A stretch of 64,000 nt of DNA from an uncultured Clostridia bacterium. GTDB taxonomy: Bacteria > Bacillota > Clostridia > Christensenellales > UBA1242. The first letter of the stretch is position 1. Every line of letters starts with the position of its first letter. The position numbers and the translations under genes are program-made. Shown piece by piece: positions 17,267 through 26,753 of this stretch. The notes below the pieces were generated by a model. It had not been told where the DNA came from. It did not search any database and worked only from the letters and a program-made list of their open reading frames with translations. The stretch spans positions 72,398 through 136,397 of the forward strand of contig CAKVLQ010000001.1 in the NCBI GenBank assembly GCA_934757845.1, given 5' to 3'.

Positions 17267-19096
17267 ATGATAAACGAAAAATTAAGAAATGTTGCCATTA
17301 TTGCGCACGTTGACCACGGCAAAACAAGTTTGGTTAACGAAATGTTAAAGCAAGGTGGCGTTTTTAGAGAAAATCAAGAAGTTCAAGACAGAGTTATGGA
17401 TAGCAACGCATTAGAGCGAGAAAGGGGAATTACTATTCTTGCAAAAAATGCGGCTTGCAAATTTAGAGATTATAAAATTAACATAATTGACACCCCAGGG
17501 CACGCAGATTTTGGTGGCGAAGTTGAAAGAATTTTGAAAATGGTTGACGGCGTTTTGCTTGTTGTTGACAGTTTTGAAGGTCCAATGCCACAAACAAGAT
17601 TTGTGCTTCAAAAAGCACTTGAACTTAACCACAAAGTTATTGTTGTTATAAACAAAATTGACAGACCAGATGCAAGAGTGAAAGAAGTTATTGACGAAGT
17701 TTTGGAATTGCTTCTTGACCTTGATGCAAACGAAGAACAACTTGACAGTCCATTTGTTTTTTGCAGTGCAAGATATGGTTATGCAAGTTTGAACCCAGAC
17801 GAACAAGGCACAAACTTTTTGCCACTTCTTCAAAAAATTATTGACTATATTCCAGCACCTTCTGGTGATGCTGACAAACCTTTCCAAATGCTTGTTTCTT
17901 CAACCGAAAGTTCCGACTATGTTGGAAAAATGGCTATTGGAAAAGTAACAGCAGGAAGTGTTAAATTAAATCAAGCCATAACAATAACAAACTATCACAA
18001 TGAAAAACCAAACGAAAATGCAAAAGTAACTGCAATTTATCAGTTTGAAGGGCTAAAAAAAGTTCCAGTGCAAGAAGCAACTGTTGGTGATATCGTTTGT
18101 ATTGCAGGAAGTCCAAATGTCCGAATTGGCGACACTTTGTGCGATAGTTCACGAGTTGAAGCACTTCCATTTGTAAAAATTAGTGAACCAAGTGTTGAAA
18201 TGACTTTTTCTGTTAACGACAGTCCTTTTGCTGGACGAGAAGGCAAGTTTGTAACAAGCCGTCATTTGCGTGAAAGATTGTTTAAAGAAGCCGACCGTGA
18301 TTTGAGTTTGCGTGTTAAAGAAACAGCAACCACTGAAGCATTTGATGTTTGTGGTCGTGGCGAAATGCATCTTTCAATTTTGATTGAAAATATGCGTCGT
18401 GAAGGCTATGAATTTCAAGTTTCAATGCCAAAAGTTCTTTACAAAACTGGCGAAAACGGCGAAAAATTAGAGCCTATCGACAAACTAATTGTTGACGTGC
18501 CAGAAGAATGTATGGGCGTTGTTATGGAAAAAATGGGCAAACGAAAAGGCGAATTCGTTAATATGACAAGCCATAATTCACGAATTAAAATGGAATTTTT
18601 AATTCCTTCAAGGGGATTGTTTGGGTATAAAAGCGAATTTTTGACCGACACAAAAGGCGAAGGCGTTTTGAGCAGTATTTTTGAAAAATATGACACTTAT
18701 AAAGGCGATATTGATAGGCGTGATATGGGAAGTTTGATTGCGTTTGAATCTGGCGATAGCATTGTTTATGGACTTTATAACGCACAAGAACGAGGAACTT
18801 TGTTTATTGGGGCGGGTGTTCCAGTTTATGGCGGAATGGTTGTTGGTGAAAACCCTCGTGGGGGCGACCTTGTTGTTAATGTTTGCAAACGAAAAAACCT
18901 TACAAATGTTCGTTCAAGTGCAAGTGATGAAGCATTAAGACTAATTCCACCAAAAAATTTAAGTTTGGAAGAATGTCTTGAATTTTTGAATGATGATGAA
19001 CTTTTGGAAGTAACTCCAAAATCAATTCGAATAAGAAAGAAAATTCTTGACCACACAATTAGGGGACGAGTTAACTTCCATAACAAAAATGATTAA
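17267..19096 (+). CDS. typA: Translational GTPase TypA/BipA
   Basis: [32 protein letters not shown], and length and C-terminus typical of BipA. Confidence 0.95.
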   Translation: MINEKLRNVAIIAHVDHGKTSLVNEMLKQGGVFRENQEVQDRVMDSNALERERGITILAKNAACKFRDYKINIIDTPGHADFGGEVERILKMVDGVLLVVDSFEGPMPQTRFVLQKALELNHKVIVVINKIDRPDARVKEVIDEVLELLLDLDANEEQLDSPFVFCSARYGYASLNPDEQGTNFLPLLQKIIDYIPAPSGDADKPFQMLVSSTESSDYVGKMAIGKVTAGSVKLNQAITITNYHNEKPNENAKVTAIYQFEGLKKVPVQEATVGDIVCIAGSPNVRIGDTLCDSSRVEALPFVKISEPSVEMTFSVNDSPFAGREGKFVTSRHLRERLFKEADRDLSLRVKETATTEAFDVCGRGEMHLSILIENMRREGYEFQVSMPKVLYKTGENGEKLEPIDKLIVDVPEECMGVVMEKMGKRKGEFVNMTSHNSRIKMEFLIPSRGLFGYKSEFLTDTKGEGVLSSIFEKYDTYKGDIDRRDMGSLIAFESGDSIVYGLYNAQERGTLFIGAGVPVYGGMVVGENPRGGDLVVNVCKRKNLTNVRSSASDEALRLIPPKNLSLEECLEFLNDDELLEVTPKSIRIRKKILDHTIRGRVNFHNKND

Positions 19097-19387
19097 TTAT
19101 TTTAATATTTTGAATGTAAATTTTTTAAAAATTAGTGGATTGCGATTTTTCAAAAAAGTTTATAATTGTGTTAATTAAATGCAAAAAGTGATAATATGCT
19201 CTTTGCAAAACTAGTGCCGTTAGGCACTTTGTAATTATAATTTAAAAAAGTATGCCAAAAATGTTTGAGTGCCGTTAGGCACTTTGCACTTATCATTTAT
19301 TTAAAAAATATAGAAAAATTTTAAAAATATGCCAGAAATGTTTGACACGAGATAACAAAATATGGCATATTTTTTAATGGATAAAAA

Positions 19388-19440
19388 GCATGGTTGACCG
19401 CATGGTTGACCGCATGGTTGACCGCATGGTTGACCGCATG
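19388..19440. repeat. Perfect tandem repeat, 12-nt unit GCATGGTTGACC x 4.4
   Basis: Read directly: gcatggttgacc repeated head-to-tail from 19388, ending in a partial gcatg. Confidence 0.95.
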
Positions 19441-19464
19441 ATTTAAGCAGAAGAATAAACTTTC

Positions 19465-19506
19465 AAAAAAAGGTCAACCTAATAAATAAGGGTTGACCTT
19501 TTTTAA
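19465..19506 (+). terminator. Terminator-like hairpin built from the same GGTTGACC motif
   Basis: AAAAAAAGGTCAACC-taataaataag-GGTTGACCTTTTTT. Confidence 0.6.
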
Positions 19507-19607
19507 TATAATTAAAAAGATTTGCCCAAAATAAAAAATAAAACACATCACTTAATTAAATTGCTTGCAAAAAAGTTTTAAAAAAACAAAAAATAAAGGA
19601 AAAATAT

Positions 19608-20681
19608 ATGGAAAAAAAGAAATTTAAAACAAAGGTAAGTTTTATAATTTTAATCTTATCATTAATAATATTTTCATGTTTGTCAGTAATCACCTTTGCG
19701 TGGTTCACCGACAAAGAAAGTTATTCAGGAACACTAGATTTTGGAACTATAGAACTTGATGTGAGCGGAACAGGCATAGATAACACAAACAAAACACTTA
19801 AATTTGATGTAACCCGAACAAATGGAACATACACCGCAGGTGGCAAGGTTATGCCAGGGGATACAGTAAATATTCCAATAAAAGTGAGTTTGACAAGTGA
19901 AAGTGAAGCAGCATACTATATGATATTTTTAAGTGATCCAAAAGGGATATTTGAAAGCGGGGCATATTTTAGTGATGACGGAACGAATGTTTATGTAAGT
20001 GATGGAACAAAGATATACAATCAAAGCACAAAAGCAACAGTTACCGATAAAATAGTAGGCAAACTATCAAAAGGGACAACAGGGCATGATATAACAATAA
20101 GCGCAACAATATCAACCGATTTTGAAGAGCAGAACGCAACCACTCAAATCAACTGCACAGTTTGTGCAATTCAACAAGCAAACCTTGATGAAAGCACAGC
20201 AAAAAATTTGCTTAACCAAGAATTTGGCTTTGATTTGTTTAATGTAGGTTCAAGAGCGGTTGCAAGCGTAACTTCAAGTGAAGGAGTTAACACTGCAACA
20301 AGAACAATCACAGGCAAGCAAATTATGGTTGGTATTACTGGAAGCAATTATTGGTATCCAAGCCAATTAAGTTCCGACTATGAAGTAACTGCTGATAAAA
20401 TAAGATTTACAACAAATTCTAACATTAACTATGGGCTTGGTTTAGATGCACTTTGCACTGCGGGCGATAAATATATTTTAACTTATGAAAGCACTCAAAA
20501 AACAAGTGTAACAGTAACATATTATAAAGCAGACGGTTCATCACTTTCGCAAGTAGCACCAGGTTCAGGAACAGTTTTCACAGTGCCAGCAAACGCAACA
20601 GGTATGATTGTTGTTTTCAAATCAACAACGGCTGGAACTGAAATGGTTTATACAAATTTTAGGCTTGTAAAAGTTTATTAA
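19608..20681 (+). CDS. Secreted protein with SipW-dependent-type signal peptide and TasA/camelysin-like N-domain plus a distinct C-terminal domain
   Basis: The N-terminus KKKFKTKVSFIILILSLIIFSCLSVITFAWFTDKESYSGTLDFGTIELDV matches the TasA/CalY signal-peptide and AxFTD pattern. Confidence 0.65.
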   Translation: MEKKKFKTKVSFIILILSLIIFSCLSVITFAWFTDKESYSGTLDFGTIELDVSGTGIDNTNKTLKFDVTRTNGTYTAGGKVMPGDTVNIPIKVSLTSESEAAYYMIFLSDPKGIFESGAYFSDDGTNVYVSDGTKIYNQSTKATVTDKIVGKLSKGTTGHDITISATISTDFEEQNATTQINCTVCAIQQANLDESTAKNLLNQEFGFDLFNVGSRAVASVTSSEGVNTATRTITGKQIMVGITGSNYWYPSQLSSDYEVTADKIRFTTNSNINYGLGLDALCTAGDKYILTYESTQKTSVTVTYYKADGSSLSQVAPGSGTVFTVPANATGMIVVFKSTTAGTEMVYTNFRLVKVY

Positions 20682-20685
20682 AAAC

Positions 20686-20712
20686 AAAACTCACTTTTTT
20701 GTGAGTTTTTTT
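20686..20712 (+). terminator. Rho-independent terminator
   Basis: AAAACTCAC-TTTTTT-GTGAGTTTT plus a T-run. Confidence 0.75.
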
Positions 20713-20906
20713 ATGCCCAATAATATAAACTATGTGATATAAAATTTTAAGCAAGTTAAAATTTTGATTTGCTAACGCAACTTCAGTGATAAACCAAGCC
20801 ATCATGGTTTGAATAAACATTAGTTGCTGGCAAATATACCTGCGGGCTGCTTGCCGACAACTTCAAATAATATAAATTTCATAATTTTAAAAAAATTGCT
20901 ATTCAC

Positions 20907-20935
20907 TTGAAAAACTAAAAAAATATTGATATAAT
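20907..20935 (+). promoter_or_regulatory. Sigma-A type promoter of the small-membrane-protein/dnaB operon (leaderless geometry)
   Basis: TTGAAA (20907-20912), 17 nt, TATAAT (20930-20935), 6 nt, ATG 20942. Confidence 0.55.
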
Positions 20936-20941
20936 AGATTT

Positions 20942-21169
20942 ATGACTCAAAAAGAAGTTATAAAATTATTTAAAAGATTTTTAATTATATTTTTAATAGT
21001 TGGCGTGCCATGTGTGTGTGTTTTCACACTTGCCGTAAAATTAAAATCTATTTTTGTTATTTTGATAACAGTTGGTATTGTTGGAATTGTATTTTTAATT
21101 GAAGAATACATTTTGGCAAAACGAAACAAAAAACGACAAGAGAGAAGAAAAAAAGAAGGTAGAGAATAA
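20942..21169 (+). CDS. Small two-TM membrane protein with basic C-terminal tail, translationally coupled to dnaB
   Basis: Two hydrophobic segments, tail KRNKKRQERRKKEGRE. Its stop overlaps the dnaB ATG (TAATGG). Confidence 0.5.
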   Translation: MTQKEVIKLFKRFLIIFLIVGVPCVCVFTLAVKLKSIFVILITVGIVGIVFLIEEYILAKRNKKRQERRKKEGRE

Positions 21170-22629
21170 TGGAAGCAAAAATGTTGCCACATAATTTAGA
21201 TGCAGAACAAGCTTTGCTTGGGTGTATGCTTATTGACGAAAAAGTTCCACTAACAGTTTTTAGCGAAATTCACAGTGAAGATTTTTATTCAAATGCTCAC
21301 AAGCAAATTTTTGATGCAATGCTTGATATTTACAAAAAAAATATGCCCATTGATTTTGTAACAATAACTGACGAACTTGATAATCTTGGAATATTGAACG
21401 AAGTTGGTGGTGTAACATATATAACAAGTTTAACAAACAGCGTTCCAAGTGCGGCAAATTTCAAACATTATGAAGAACTAATTAAGCGTGATGCTATGCT
21501 TCGAAAATTAATTTCTTCTGGACAAAGTATCGTTGAACACACTTTTAATAGTTCCGACCAAACCGAAGCACTAACTTTTGCCGAAAAAACTATTTTTGAT
21601 TTGAGCCAAAAGAAAGAAAGTTCTCATTTGGTTTCGGCTGAAACGGCAATTAATGAAGTTATTGCAAAACTTGAACTTATTGAAAAAGACAAAACAGCGC
21701 TTGCCGGCTTAAAAACTGGTTTTTATGGGCTTGATTTGTTAACAAATGGCTTTCAAAAATCTGACCTTATTTTGCTTGCTGCTCGTCCAGGTGTTGGAAA
21801 AACATCTTTTGCAATGAATGTAATAAACAATATTGCACTAAATGGCGGAAGTTGTGCTGTTTTTTCACTTGAAATGAGTGCTGCTCAACTTATGCAAAGG
21901 GCAATATTTTCAACCGCAATGGTTTCTATGAGCAAAGGTCTTAAAGGTGAACTTTCAACCAAAGATTGGAAACTTTTGCTTGAAGCAAAAGAAAAACTTT
22001 CAAAAGCAAAAATTTTTATTGACGACAGTGCGCTAAACACCCCAGTTGATATTTTAAGCAAATGCAGAAGAATTCAACGAGAGCATGGTCTTGATATTGT
22101 TATGGTCGACTATTTGCAACTTATGAGCAGTGGCAAGAAAACCGACAATCGTCAAACCGAAGTTAGCGAAATTTCCCGAAGTTTAAAAATTGCCGCCAAA
22201 GAACTTAATGTTCCAATTTTGTGCTTGTCGCAATTATCTCGTGCCGTAGAAGGCAGAAAAGGCAACAAGCCAGTGCTATCCGATTTGCGTGAAAGTGGTG
22301 CGATTGAACAAGACGCAGATATTGTTATGTTTATTCACAATCCAGATATGTATTTGCAAGATGACGGGGCTATAAAACAAGGAATTGTTGACCTAATTTT
22401 AGCAAAACACCGAAATGGTGCTCTTGACACAATAAAACTTAAATTTATTTCTGAACACACAACTTTTGTTAATCTTGACAAAGATAGCAATGCTCAAAGT
22501 TTAGAAAGTCAAATTCCACCAGAAAGAAAATCAAACAAAACCGAAGTTAGAAATGAAGAAGCAAGTGTTCAACTTGAAAAGTTTGAACCAACAGAAGAAG
22601 AACTTAACGGTCTTGATGATATATTTTAA
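21169..22629 (+). CDS. dnaB: Replicative DNA helicase (DnaB family; DnaC in B. subtilis nomenclature)
   Basis: LPHNLDAEQALLGCML N-terminus, Walker A ARPGVGKTSFAMN, IVMVDYLQLM, SQLSRAVE, DADIVMFIH. Confidence 0.95.
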   Translation: MEAKMLPHNLDAEQALLGCMLIDEKVPLTVFSEIHSEDFYSNAHKQIFDAMLDIYKKNMPIDFVTITDELDNLGILNEVGGVTYITSLTNSVPSAANFKHYEELIKRDAMLRKLISSGQSIVEHTFNSSDQTEALTFAEKTIFDLSQKKESSHLVSAETAINEVIAKLELIEKDKTALAGLKTGFYGLDLLTNGFQKSDLILLAARPGVGKTSFAMNVINNIALNGGSCAVFSLEMSAAQLMQRAIFSTAMVSMSKGLKGELSTKDWKLLLEAKEKLSKAKIFIDDSALNTPVDILSKCRRIQREHGLDIVMVDYLQLMSSGKKTDNRQTEVSEISRSLKIAAKELNVPILCLSQLSRAVEGRKGNKPVLSDLRESGAIEQDADIVMFIHNPDMYLQDDGAIKQGIVDLILAKHRNGALDTIKLKFISEHTTFVNLDKDSNAQSLESQIPPERKSNKTEVRNEEASVQLEKFEPTEEELNGLDDIF

Positions 22630-22631
22630 AC

Positions 22632-22658
22632 AAAAACAGCCATATTCGGCTGTTTTTT
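22632..22658 (+). terminator. Rho-independent terminator after dnaB
   Basis: ACAGCC-atattc-GGCTGT plus TTTTT. Confidence 0.8.
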
Positions 22659-22684
22659 ATATAAAAATTTTTTGACATAATTTG

Positions 22685-22714
22685 TTGACATTGTGTATAT
22701 ATTGTGTTACAATA
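22685..22714 (+). promoter_or_regulatory. Promoter with overlapping inverted repeat (candidate RelB/YafQ operator)
   Basis: TTGACA (22685-22690), 17 nt, TACAAT (22708-22713). The inverted repeat TATTGT-gtt-ACAATA (22700-22714) overlaps the -10. Confidence 0.5.
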
Positions 22715-22744
22715 CATATAATAATTAAAAAGGAGATATAGAAA

Positions 22745-23011
22745 ATGGCTAGTATTAATATTAGAACAGAAGAATCAACCAAGATTGAAGCGGATGAACT
22801 ATTTAATAAATTGGGTCTTAATATGTCAACAGCAATAAATATGTTTTTGATTAAGGCAATAAATGTTCAAGGGCTTCCTTTTGATGTTAAACTTGATACG
22901 CCAAACAAAGAAACTCTTCAAGCAATTGAAGAAGGTGATAAAATTGCAAAAGATAAAACAAAAAGGGGATATAGGGACATAAAAAGTCTTAAAGATGCAC
23001 TTGAAGTATGA
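22745..23011 (+). CDS. Type II antitoxin, RelB/DinJ family
   Basis: INIRTEESTKIEADELFNKLGLNMSTAINMFLIKAINVQGLPFDV is a ribbon-helix-helix DinJ-like N-terminus. The gene overlaps the toxin gene by 4 nt. Confidence 0.8.
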   Translation: MASINIRTEESTKIEADELFNKLGLNMSTAINMFLIKAINVQGLPFDVKLDTPNKETLQAIEEGDKIAKDKTKRGYRDIKSLKDALEV

Positions 23012-23283
23012 AATTTGAAATAAAATTTACAAATCAATTTAAAAAAGACATTAAACTTGCAAAAAAACAAGGGAAAAATTTGGATAAATTATTTAAGGTT
23101 GTAGAAAAATTGGCAAATAATGTTGCACTTGATGCCAAATATCGTGATCATAATTTGTCGGGTAATTTTGAAAATTTGCGAGAATGTCATATAGAGCCAG
23201 ATTGGCTTTTAATTTATAAAGTTCATGAAGATATTTTGGTTTTAATGCTTTATAGGCTTGGAAGCCATGCAAATTTATATTAA
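23008..23283 (+). CDS. yafQ: Type II toxin, YafQ/RelE family mRNA interferase
   Basis: KKDIKLAKKQGKNL...YRDHNLSGNFENLRECHIEPDWLLIYKV...LYRLGSHANLY matches the YafQ signature. Confidence 0.85.
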   Translation: MKFEIKFTNQFKKDIKLAKKQGKNLDKLFKVVEKLANNVALDAKYRDHNLSGNFENLRECHIEPDWLLIYKVHEDILVLMLYRLGSHANLY

Positions 23284-23326
23284 AAAAGCAAAATTTATTT
23301 TGCTTTTTTGTGTTATAGGAGAAAAA

Positions 23327-24082
23327 ATGGAAAATAAAATTATTTTAAATGTTCCGCATTCATCTACAAAATTAACAAAAGAATTTAAAAAGCAAAAAAA
23401 ATTTTTAACTATGCAAGAAATTAATTCTTTTAATTTGCAAATGACGGATTTGTTCACAAAGCAATTATTTTCAGCATCAAAATTTAATCATGTTTGTGCC
23501 AAATATTCAAGAATTTGTTGTGATGCGGAAAAATTTGCTGATGACGAAATTGAAATTATGGCAAAGTATGGACTTGGAGTAATTTATAAAAATGATATTG
23601 ATGGTAAAAAACTTTTAGATGATGACGAGAATTATAGGCAAAAAGTTTTAAAAAAATATTATTATCCTTATCACAAAAAGTTAGATAAAATTTCCACTAA
23701 ACTTTTAAAAAATAACAAAGTTATTTTGGTTGATTGCCATTCTTTTTCAAAAGATATTATAAAAACAGAACTTTCAAAACCTTTGCCAGATATTTGCATA
23801 GGTGTTGAACAAAATTTGTATAGCAACAAAAAACTTGAAGATTTTTTGGTCAATTACTTTCAAAGTTTAGGGCTTAAAGTGGAAATAAATTATCCTTATC
23901 AAGGCACAATGATTCCAAACATTTTGTTTAAAAAAAATAACAAAAACTTTTTAAGTTTTATGATAGAAGTTAACAGAGAGTTATATTTAACAAACAACAA
24001 AAAATCATCAAATTTTAAAAATCTTCAAAAACAAATTTTGGGGTTATTAACAAAGTTAAAAACATTAAACTTATTTGATTAA
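23327..24082 (+). CDS. N-formylglutamate amidohydrolase (FGase) family protein
   Basis: NVPHSST and VILVDCHSF motifs. I chose the ATG at 23327 because it follows the yafQ terminator (23283-23310) and a GGAG RBS. Confidence 0.7.
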   Translation: MENKIILNVPHSSTKLTKEFKKQKKFLTMQEINSFNLQMTDLFTKQLFSASKFNHVCAKYSRICCDAEKFADDEIEIMAKYGLGVIYKNDIDGKKLLDDDENYRQKVLKKYYYPYHKKLDKISTKLLKNNKVILVDCHSFSKDIIKTELSKPLPDICIGVEQNLYSNKKLEDFLVNYFQSLGLKVEINYPYQGTMIPNILFKKNNKNFLSFMIEVNRELYLTNNKKSSNFKNLQKQILGLLTKLKTLNLFD

Positions 24083-24113
24083 AAAAAAGCAAATTAATTT
24101 TTGCTTTTTTTAA

Positions 24114-24326
24114 TTAATTTTCTAGCCCCACCAAATAATCTATGGAAACTTTAAAAAAGTTGGCAAGAGCAATTAATCCAAACATATTAGGAGTTCTTTC
24201 GCCAGTTTCATATCTTGTGATTGTTGATTGATTAAGATTTGTAAGTTTTGCAAGTTCGCCTTGAGATAAATTTTGTTCAATTCTTAATTCTTTAAGTCTT
24301 TCTTTAAATATTTTTTCATTAACCAT
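24114..24326 (-). CDS. XRE-family helix-turn-helix transcriptional regulator (70 aa)
   Basis: LKELRIEQNLSQGELAKLTNLNQSTITRYETGERTP is a classic Cro/C1 HTH. Confidence 0.8.
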   Translation of the reverse strand: MVNEKIFKERLKELRIEQNLSQGELAKLTNLNQSTITRYETGERTPNMFGLIALANFFKVSIDYLVGLEN

Positions 24327-24491
24327 AAAAATATTTTATGACATTTGCCATTAATTTCTCTTATTAATGACGATTGGCATTGTAAAAAATGAGACATACA
24401 AATTAAAGAAATATTTAAAAAATAACAAATTTTAACAATTTTTGAATATAAAAATTTTATTTTCTTATAATAAAACTAATTGGAGAAGGAA

Positions 24492-25037
24492 ATGAAAGCA
24501 ACAGGAATTGTTAGAAGAATTGATGAACTTGGAAGAATTGTTATTCCAAAAGAAATAAGGCGAACACATAAAATTAGGGAAGGAACTCCGCTGGAAATTT
24601 TTTCAGGGGAAAATGGTGAACTTGTTTTGAAAAAATATTCGCCAGTTTTGGAACTTGAAGACATTGCACAAGACTGCACAAAAAGCGTGTTTGAAGTGCT
24701 TGAACTTGACACATTTGTTTGCGACAAAGATTCAATTATAAGTGTTGAAGGCAATTCTAATTTTAAAAAATCTTATTTACATAAATTTATAACTCTAGAC
24801 CTTGAAAAAACGATTGAAAATCGAAAACCTGTTATGTTAAATTCACAAAATGGTGCAAACCTAATTTGTCTTGTTAAAGATGAAAAACCATTGTTTACTT
24901 CGCTTGCCATTGTTCCCATTTTGTCTCAAGGCGACACTTATGGGGCGATTGGAATAGTTTCAAACAACTTGCTTACAAACAACGAAATAAAAATTCTTCA
25001 AACCTTTGCAAATTTTATGTCGCTTCAAATTGGATAA
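24492..25037 (+). CDS. spoVT: Stage V sporulation protein T (AbrB-type N-domain plus GAF-like C-domain)
   Basis: MKATGIVRRIDELGRIVIPKEIRRTHKIREGTPLEIF...LKKYSP is near-identical in pattern to B. subtilis SpoVT. GGAGAAGG RBS before ATG 24492. Confidence 0.85.
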   Translation: MKATGIVRRIDELGRIVIPKEIRRTHKIREGTPLEIFSGENGELVLKKYSPVLELEDIAQDCTKSVFEVLELDTFVCDKDSIISVEGNSNFKKSYLHKFITLDLEKTIENRKPVMLNSQNGANLICLVKDEKPLFTSLAIVPILSQGDTYGAIGIVSNNLLTNNEIKILQTFANFMSLQIG

Positions 25038-25124
25038 AATATAGATAATTTAAATTTTATTTTAAAAAGGCAAATATATTGCCTTTTTTTTGATAAAAAA
25101 AGTTTTAAAACACAAACTAATTTT

Positions 25125-26711
25125 GTGAAGAAAAAATCATTTGTGCATGGAGCAATAATTTTAGGGCTGGCATCAATTATTTGCAAAATTTTGGGTGCTA
25201 TTTTTCGTATTCCTTTAACAAGTTTGCTTGGAGCGGAAGGTGTTGGATTATATCAACTTGTTTATCCAATTTTTGCGCTATGTTTGGTGGCAAGTTCAAG
25301 TGGTATTCCTATTGCAATTTCAAAAATTATAAGCCGAGAATATTCAAACAAAAATTATAAAAATATTAAAAAAATATTTAATAATTCAATAAAAATAATG
25401 CTAATTTTGGGCATATTTTTTGCTTTGATTGTGGTTGTTTTGTGTGTTCAAATTGCAAAAGTGCAAAATAATGAAAGTTTGTGGATATGTTATGTTTGTT
25501 TATCGCCATCAATTTTGTTGGGAGCAATAATTTCGTGTTATAGGGGATATTTTCAAGGCTTTCAAATTATGAAGCATTCGGCAATAAGCCAAGTTATTGA
25601 GCAACTTTTTAAACTTTTGTTTGGCTTGTTGTTTGCATTTTTGTTTTTAAAATATGGTTTAGTTTATGGCGTTTTGGGTGCGTTTGTTGGAATTTTTATC
25701 AGTGAATTTTTTGCTTTTTTATATTTGTTTATTGTTTATAAATCTCGAAAAATTAAAATAGATTTTAATTTTAATAGTAGTGAAGAATATACAAACAAAC
25801 AAGCACTAAATATTGTTATAAAAGAGTCTGTTCCAATCACATTTGCGTCAATTATAATTCCTATAACTGGTGTTATTGACAGTTTGATTATAGTAAAACT
25901 TTTAAGTCTAAATGGCTTTGATGCTTCAATTTCAACAAGTTTGTATGGTCTTGATAGCGGTGTTTGTGCAAGTTTAATAAATTTGCCAAGTGTTGTGGCA
26001 GTTTCGATTGGGGCAAGTTTGATGCCGTCAATCAGTTCAAGTTTTGCACTAAAAAAAGACGATGAAATTTCTTTTAAAAGCAAACTGGCCATAAAAATTG
26101 TGTGGTATTTCACAATTCCTTGCGTAATTTTGTTTTTCTTTTTAAGCAAAGAAATATGTTTCTTTTTGTATGGAAACCTTAATTCCACTTTGTTTGATCA
26201 ATTAAGTGTTGTGTCGACAATGTTAAAATTAAGTAGTTTTTCAATCATTTATATTGCTCTAAATCAAATTTTAACCACAATTTTGCAAGCGGTTAATGAA
26301 AGTTATTATGCGTTTTTTTCTCTTTTGCTTGCAAGCGTTATAAAAATTGTGTTAACTATAATTTTGGTTTCAAACCCAAATCTTAATGTTTATGGCTTGG
26401 TTATTAGTGATGTTGTAAGTTTTGCACTCGCTTGCATAATTAATATGATAAAAGTTAAAGACAAAATTAAAATTAAATTCAATTTTTATGAAATTTTGTT
26501 TGTTCCACTTGCAGGCACTATTGTTATGACGGGCTCAATTTTGCTTTTCAAACTTTTAATTTTTTCTAGTTTAAACAGACTTTTGATTATGCTTTGCGTT
26601 CTTTCAAGTTTTGTTTTATATGTGCTTTGTATTTTGCTTTTGAAAGGTTTTAATAGCAAAGAAATTAAAAACACAAAGTTTTTAAATTTTGTAAAGAATA
26701 AAAAATATTAA
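25125..26711 (+). CDS. MOP-superfamily flippase (SpoVB/YabM-like polysaccharide or lipid II flippase)
   Basis: About 14 TM segments, N-terminal GAIILGLASIICKILGAIFRIPLTSLLGAEGVGLYQLVYPIF. Its position after spoVT mirrors B. subtilis spoVT-yabM. GTG start. Confidence 0.75.
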   Translation: MKKKSFVHGAIILGLASIICKILGAIFRIPLTSLLGAEGVGLYQLVYPIFALCLVASSSGIPIAISKIISREYSNKNYKNIKKIFNNSIKIMLILGIFFALIVVVLCVQIAKVQNNESLWICYVCLSPSILLGAIISCYRGYFQGFQIMKHSAISQVIEQLFKLLFGLLFAFLFLKYGLVYGVLGAFVGIFISEFFAFLYLFIVYKSRKIKIDFNFNSSEEYTNKQALNIVIKESVPITFASIIIPITGVIDSLIIVKLLSLNGFDASISTSLYGLDSGVCASLINLPSVVAVSIGASLMPSISSSFALKKDDEISFKSKLAIKIVWYFTIPCVILFFFLSKEICFFLYGNLNSTLFDQLSVVSTMLKLSSFSIIYIALNQILTTILQAVNESYYAFFSLLLASVIKIVLTIILVSNPNLNVYGLVISDVVSFALACIINMIKVKDKIKIKFNFYEILFVPLAGTIVMTGSILLFKLLIFSSLNRLLIMLCVLSSFVLYVLCILLLKGFNSKEIKNTKFLNFVKNKKY

Positions 26712-26753
26712 AATTTTGTTTACAAAATTATAAAAAAAATATATATTTTTATT

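Noticed and set aside
15286-18785. Multiple antisense ORFs (60-174 aa) inside the P-type ATPase and typA genes. Similar ones occur inside recF, dnaA, dusB, pgk, rnr, secA, rubrerythrin and others.
   Set aside because: They lie opposite long, motif-rich housekeeping genes. They have low-complexity F/I/K/N-rich translations typical of AT-rich antisense frames, and no start signals.
19388-19440. Tandem 12-mers as a CRISPR array or as a type III toxin-antitoxin RNA repeat
   Set aside because: The units are only 12 nt with no spacers, so this is not CRISPR. The array-plus-hairpin layout superficially resembles ToxI-type antitoxin repeats. But the units are far shorter than the ~36 nt typical there, and the downstream gene encodes a secreted TasA-like protein, not an endoribonuclease.
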